Shown: piece by piece, positions 7,532 to 11,403 of the stretch
Numbering within the stretch: position 1 is the stretch's first letter
Layout: the number at the start of each line of letters is the position of its first letter
Assembly (NCBI GenBank): GCA_021323375.2
Contig: JAJPCT020000015.1
Coordinates: 1 to 11,403 of the forward strand
Reading direction: 5' to 3'
DNA from: Candidatus Wolframiiraptor gerlachensis
GTDB lineage: Archaea > Thermoproteota > Nitrososphaeria_A > Caldarchaeales > Wolframiiraptoraceae
DNA: 11,403 bases
Program-made: the position numbers and the translations under genes
Notes under the pieces: model-generated
The model's input: the letters and a program-made list of their open reading frames with translations, nothing else
Told to the model about the DNA's origin: nothing
Database searches by the model: none

Positions 7532-8455
7532 TCGGGCGGCCAATCTCGATACGAGCTTACAATAGCTGCACATGTTTGAGAGGGATGGCATCCCACATTT
7601 CTCGCATTCCGTGAGGCTGGGCTCGGGCACGGTCTTCTCGAGTCTCGGCAGAATCCTCTTCACATGCGACTTGTAGAGCATGTGCTTGAACCCGGGTATC
7701 TCGCGCTCGATCAATCCTATTAGCCTCTTTCTCCTAAGCATCCGGGAGCCCTTGGCAAGCGGACATGAAGCAGCTAGAAGCGGGATTCCCTGGGCCATGG
7801 CATAATACATGTTCTCCCTCTCCGTCAGCTCTATGAGCGGCTTTATCTTCGTGACCATCTTCGGGTTATCGCTCCACGAGACAGGCCTAACCCTCACGAG
7901 ATCCTCAACAGAGCCCTTGAGATAGAACTCGAAGAGCAGCTCCACGACATCATCAAGATTGTGGCCTGTTGCCAGCCTATCCGATCCTATCTCATAAGCC
8001 AGCCTATTCATTAGATACCGCTTAACAGTCCCACACGCGCCGCAGATCCTCCTGCCCAAGGGCGTAGACTTGAGATCCGGAATCCTATAACCCTCCCTGC
8101 TCGATAGATCATAAATAACATGCTCGATGCCTAGATCCTCACAGACATTCTCAACTATCTCTTGGCACCTCTCCGAGTAGCCCTCTATGCCGAGGTTTAT
8201 GTGGATGGCTATGAGCTTGATGCCGGGGAACTTCTCAGAGACAAGCCTATTCATGGCGGCTAGCAGGGCCATGCTATCCTTCCCACCGGATACGGCTACG
8301 GTAACCCTCCCGGCCCCGCGAAGCATCCCATACTTCATTATCGTGTTATAGATCTTCTTCTCATAATACTTGATGAAGCAGTCTCGGCAAAGCATCATCT
8401 TAGCATGTTCTATGAGATAGGCGGCTTGACTGCTGCAGAGTCTGCACGAGGTCAT
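7511..8455 (-). CDS. ttuA: TtuA/Ncs6-family tRNA 2-thiolation enzyme
   Basis: N-terminal CRLC/CRDC, SGGKDS PP-loop, CGACG, ATGHNLDD, SCP and C-terminal CEKC/CSYC zinc finger. ATG 8455 is preferred over 8464. Confidence 0.85.
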   Translation of the reverse strand: MTSCRLCSSQAAYLIEHAKMMLCRDCFIKYYEKKIYNTIMKYGMLRGAGRVTVAVSGGKDSMALLAAMNRLVSEKFPGIKLIAIHINLGIEGYSERCQEIVENVCEDLGIEHVIYDLSSREGYRIPDLKSTPLGRRICGACGTVKRYLMNRLAYEIGSDRLATGHNLDDVVELLFEFYLKGSVEDLVRVRPVSWSDNPKMVTKIKPLIELTERENMYYAMAQGIPLLAASCPLAKGSRMLRRKRLIGLIEREIPGFKHMLYKSHVKRILPRLEKTVPEPSLTECEKCGMPSLSNMCSYCKLVSRLAARSAENST

Positions 8456-8472
8456 TCCCGCCAAGATTATCT

Positions 8473-9729
8473 CTAGATCTCGTATTTATGATGCTTCTCG
8501 GGGACGATGGCGTCCAAGCTCAGCTCATTTCTAGCATACTCCGCTAAATCACGGCAGGCATCGGGCTCGCCATGAATCGTGAAGACCTTTGTACTTGGAT
8601 TCAGGTTCCTGAGATAGGATCTGAGCTCGCTCCTGCCGGAATGGGCGCTGAAGAGGAACTGCCTTACCCTCGCCTTAACCTCGACATCCTCTCCCTTCAC
8701 GGTTATCCTGCCCTCTTCTAGGAGCCGTGCGCCCGGAGTCCCCGGAACTTGGAAGCTCACGAGGAATATCCCAGAATATGGGTCATCATATATCCTCTCA
8801 AGATAGTATGCAGCCGGCCCTCCCTTAAGCATCCCAGCCGGGCTTATGATCACCGCCTGGTTCTCAGCAGCCTTCTTACGCTTCCTCCTATCATTCACTC
8901 TTATCACGTGTTTTGAGGCCGAGTAGAGGAGTTGATATCCCTGAACATACTCCTTTGACTCTAGGAAGAGGTCAAGAACCTTGACAGCCATACCATCCAA
9001 GTAGACGGACTTCCTCACACTATAGGCCTCCAAGACGCACATGATCTCCTGCGACCTAGCGACTGCGAAGGCTGGAACTAGAACCCTCCCACCGAGATCA
9101 ATAACCTCGATGACATTATTTATGAAGTCTTTCTCGAGGTCAGCCCTCTTCGGATGCTCGGTTAACGCGTAAGTCGACTCGGTGACAACCGCGTCAACAT
9201 CCTTCGGCATGTCCTTGGCGCCGGATAGAAGCCTTGTCTTACGCGTTGAGTAGTCTCCCGTATATAGCAGGGTTTTATCAGCATTTACTAGGACTTGGAC
9301 GCTTCCCGGTATATGGCCCGCGTCGAGAAAGGTGATCTCAGCATCTTTCACCCTTATCGTGTCGCCGTAATCCACCCTTATCCCCCTTCTTAGGAGCTCC
9401 TCGACCTCTAGAACCTCATAGGGAATATAGTATCCGCTCAGCTTCAGGAAGTCCCTGAGAAGTATGTCGCTTAGCTTGAAGGTCATGTCTGTCGCGTAAA
9501 CCTTGACCCCTCCATTCAGCATCAATAATGGCGCGGCGCCGCTATGATCTAGATGAGCATGTGTGATTATCACGGCGTCGAGATCCTTGGGCGAGATATG
9601 GCCCGGAAAGAGTGGCTCAGGCTCCGAGGGCTTAACACCATAGTCCAGCAGTATCCTAGCATCCCTAGTCTCGACTAGAACTGCGGCTCTCCCAACCTCT
9701 CCAACCCCGCCGAGAAAACTTACCTTCAT
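8473..9729 (-). CDS. beta-CASP metallo-beta-lactamase ribonuclease (aCPSF2-like, no KH domains)
   Basis: GGVGEVGR, LDYG, THAHLDHSG, AGHIPGS, YTGD, ESTY, FSAH and IHGE motifs; 418 aa. Confidence 0.9.
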   Translation of the reverse strand: MKVSFLGGVGEVGRAAVLVETRDARILLDYGVKPSEPEPLFPGHISPKDLDAVIITHAHLDHSGAAPLLMLNGGVKVYATDMTFKLSDILLRDFLKLSGYYIPYEVLEVEELLRRGIRVDYGDTIRVKDAEITFLDAGHIPGSVQVLVNADKTLLYTGDYSTRKTRLLSGAKDMPKDVDAVVTESTYALTEHPKRADLEKDFINNVIEVIDLGGRVLVPAFAVARSQEIMCVLEAYSVRKSVYLDGMAVKVLDLFLESKEYVQGYQLLYSASKHVIRVNDRRKRKKAAENQAVIISPAGMLKGGPAAYYLERIYDDPYSGIFLVSFQVPGTPGARLLEEGRITVKGEDVEVKARVRQFLFSAHSGRSELRSYLRNLNPSTKVFTIHGEPDACRDLAEYARNELSLDAIVPEKHHKYEI

Positions 9730-9792
9730 GCCTGTTTCAACACGCGCCTAAGCCTTTTCCAGCCTTCCTGTTACGGGCGCTCGGCCCAATTC

Positions 9793-11376
9793 TTAAACAT
9801 TGCGGCCTGCCCCGCCGCCGGAGCCGCTCATCAGCTCCTTAAGGCTCTCAAGTTCCCTCACCTCAACACCCAGCTCCCTCAACCTCCTAGCAAGCTCCTT
9901 CTCAAATATCTCCAAGCGCCTCGTCTCGGGCTTGAGGATATATGCTCCCTTATAGCCGGCGGCCTCAAACTGCTTAATCGCCTCCGCGATAAGCTCATCG
10001 AGGCACTCATCGAGCAGCGCCTTGGGATAATTTGTCTGGGAGAGTGGATAGGTGTATCTGAGGCCGAGGGGGATTAAGCCATAAGGGCTGCCATAGAAGA
10101 GTATGTCGAGGTTTTCGGGAAGTCTTGACGCCTTCTCTAGGGAGAGCTTCAGGGTCTCGGGGAGAAGCAGGGCCTCTCCGCCGCGTCCCCTCCCAGCGAG
10201 ACAGTTCTCGAGAAGCCTCCTCCTCGTGGCTCTCACAAGAGGCCTCCTCAAGCTCATCTCATCATAGAGGTTTACACCCCTCCTCCCGGAGATCGGCGCA
10301 TTCTCCTCCATCAGCCTCAGCAGATCCTCATTCTGCATAATCTCGATAAACCCTTGATAGAGGCTTGGATGACTTCTCGCCCTCTGCTCAAGCAGCTCCA
10401 TGAGCCTTCCATCCCTTATCGCCTGTTTAACCCTCCTAACTTCCATGAAGCAGATATGGAGATTATGCATCGCGAGCATCCTAATCCTCTCATTCCTCGG
10501 AAGCTGCTTGAGCTCGGCCGCGCTCATCTTGGAGCATATTGGGCAGCAGCATGGCAGATAGTCAAGCTTCTCCACCCTTATCGTCCCGGTCTCCGTCATG
10601 TATCTATCATCCCGGGCATAGAGAATATAGCTAGCGGAGTCGAACATATCCACGCCCAAAGCAACTATGAATGGAAAGATCATGGGGTGGCCGGCTCCAA
10701 ATAGGTGCAGGGGCTCCCCAAAGCCCACCGCAGACCTGGCAGCATATATCATCTGGAACAGTTTATCGAATCTGTACTCCTCCATTAGGGGCGTTGGGCT
10801 TCCGAGTGCATAGAGGTCGAAGCCCATCTCCCTCTCCTTATTAGCGCAGCGATGGACGAGATCTAGGTGAATTCCGCCCTGAATCGGCGCGGCCCATAAA
10901 CATCGCCTAACACCCCTTCTTCTCAAAAACTCGATAGTCGCCTCGAGATTCCTCAACGTCCTCTCGACGGATTCCTCAGCCTTTTCCCTGCTACATAGCC
11001 CAGTCGGAATATCTAGGGGGACGGCGATATCACTGCCGATCTCCTCCTGAAGCTCCGCGATCTCCTCCGGGGAGGCCTCAACACCACCATACTCTAGGAC
11101 CTGGTATCCGCCGCTATCAGTCATCACCACACCGTCGAAGCCTAGGACCCCATGAACCCCCTTTCTCAAGGCCTCATCCCTAAGCCTCCTCAGGATAATG
11201 TATGCATTCGTTATCACAGCCTCTGCTCCAAGGTTCTCCCTCATCCAGCCTGCTGGAACATCCTGCGTAACCGGGTTTATGACCGGGAGGAAGAGCGGCG
11301 TCTCAGCAACCCTTCCACCGCGAGTCCTAAGCCTCCCAATCCTTCCAAGATGATCCTCAGCAATTATCTCGAACAA
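9793..11376 (-). CDS. tgtA: Archaeosine tRNA-guanine(15) transglycosylase, short form without a recognisable PUA domain
   Basis: ETPLFLPVINP, MTDSGGYQ, PIQGG, HLFGAGHP, GVDMFDSASY, zinc site CCCPIC...HNL and C-terminal PYGLIP...TYPLSQT. Confidence 0.93.
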   Translation of the reverse strand: MFEIIAEDHLGRIGRLRTRGGRVAETPLFLPVINPVTQDVPAGWMRENLGAEAVITNAYIILRRLRDEALRKGVHGVLGFDGVVMTDSGGYQVLEYGGVEASPEEIAELQEEIGSDIAVPLDIPTGLCSREKAEESVERTLRNLEATIEFLRRRGVRRCLWAAPIQGGIHLDLVHRCANKEREMGFDLYALGSPTPLMEEYRFDKLFQMIYAARSAVGFGEPLHLFGAGHPMIFPFIVALGVDMFDSASYILYARDDRYMTETGTIRVEKLDYLPCCCPICSKMSAAELKQLPRNERIRMLAMHNLHICFMEVRRVKQAIRDGRLMELLEQRARSHPSLYQGFIEIMQNEDLLRLMEENAPISGRRGVNLYDEMSLRRPLVRATRRRLLENCLAGRGRGGEALLLPETLKLSLEKASRLPENLDILFYGSPYGLIPLGLRYTYPLSQTNYPKALLDECLDELIAEAIKQFEAAGYKGAYILKPETRRLEIFEKELARRLRELGVEVRELESLKELMSGSGGGAGRNV

Positions 11377-11403
11377 GGAACTCCCTCGAGATCAGGCCAT
11401 ACT

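Noticed and set aside
4330-10704. Remaining overlapping ORFs (4330..4647, 4842..5051, 5570..5809, 6005..6226, 6463..6792, 6597..6788, 7073..7510, 10125..10340, 10354..10704)
   Set aside because: Antisense or off-frame shadows of well-supported genes.

Overview
Archaeal window, probably a thermophilic TACK/Thermoproteota-type genome (inferred from archaeosine TGT, BHB-intron tRNA and TATA-like promoters). The housekeeping backbone is a partial Ig-like/Thr-rich surface protein, a Cys-rich DUF6485-like protein, nadE, a galK-like/galE/galT cluster and a convergent tgtA / beta-CASP / ttuA tRNA-metabolism cluster. An ORF-only view misses two things. (1) A tRNA-Gly(TCC) at 4138-4274 is split by three BHB-type introns at 21/22, 29/30 and 37/38. 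(2) A ~2 kb accessory island upstream encodes a small RHH-like protein and a compact IS110/Tas-like protein lacking the usual catalytic Ser motif, followed directly by a ~130-nt structured RNA. That RNA has one pseudo-symmetric two-guide loop. Read like an IS110 bridge-RNA loop (CT core), the two guides spell a 20-bp site matching the intron-less form of the neighbouring tRNA-Gly gene at 16/20, and the resident introns break that site. The RNA's central hairpin also resembles tRNA intron 1. This suggests an RNA-guided system linked to tRNA intron gain, homing or immunity. The folds and matches were read by hand from the sequence; the function is inference.
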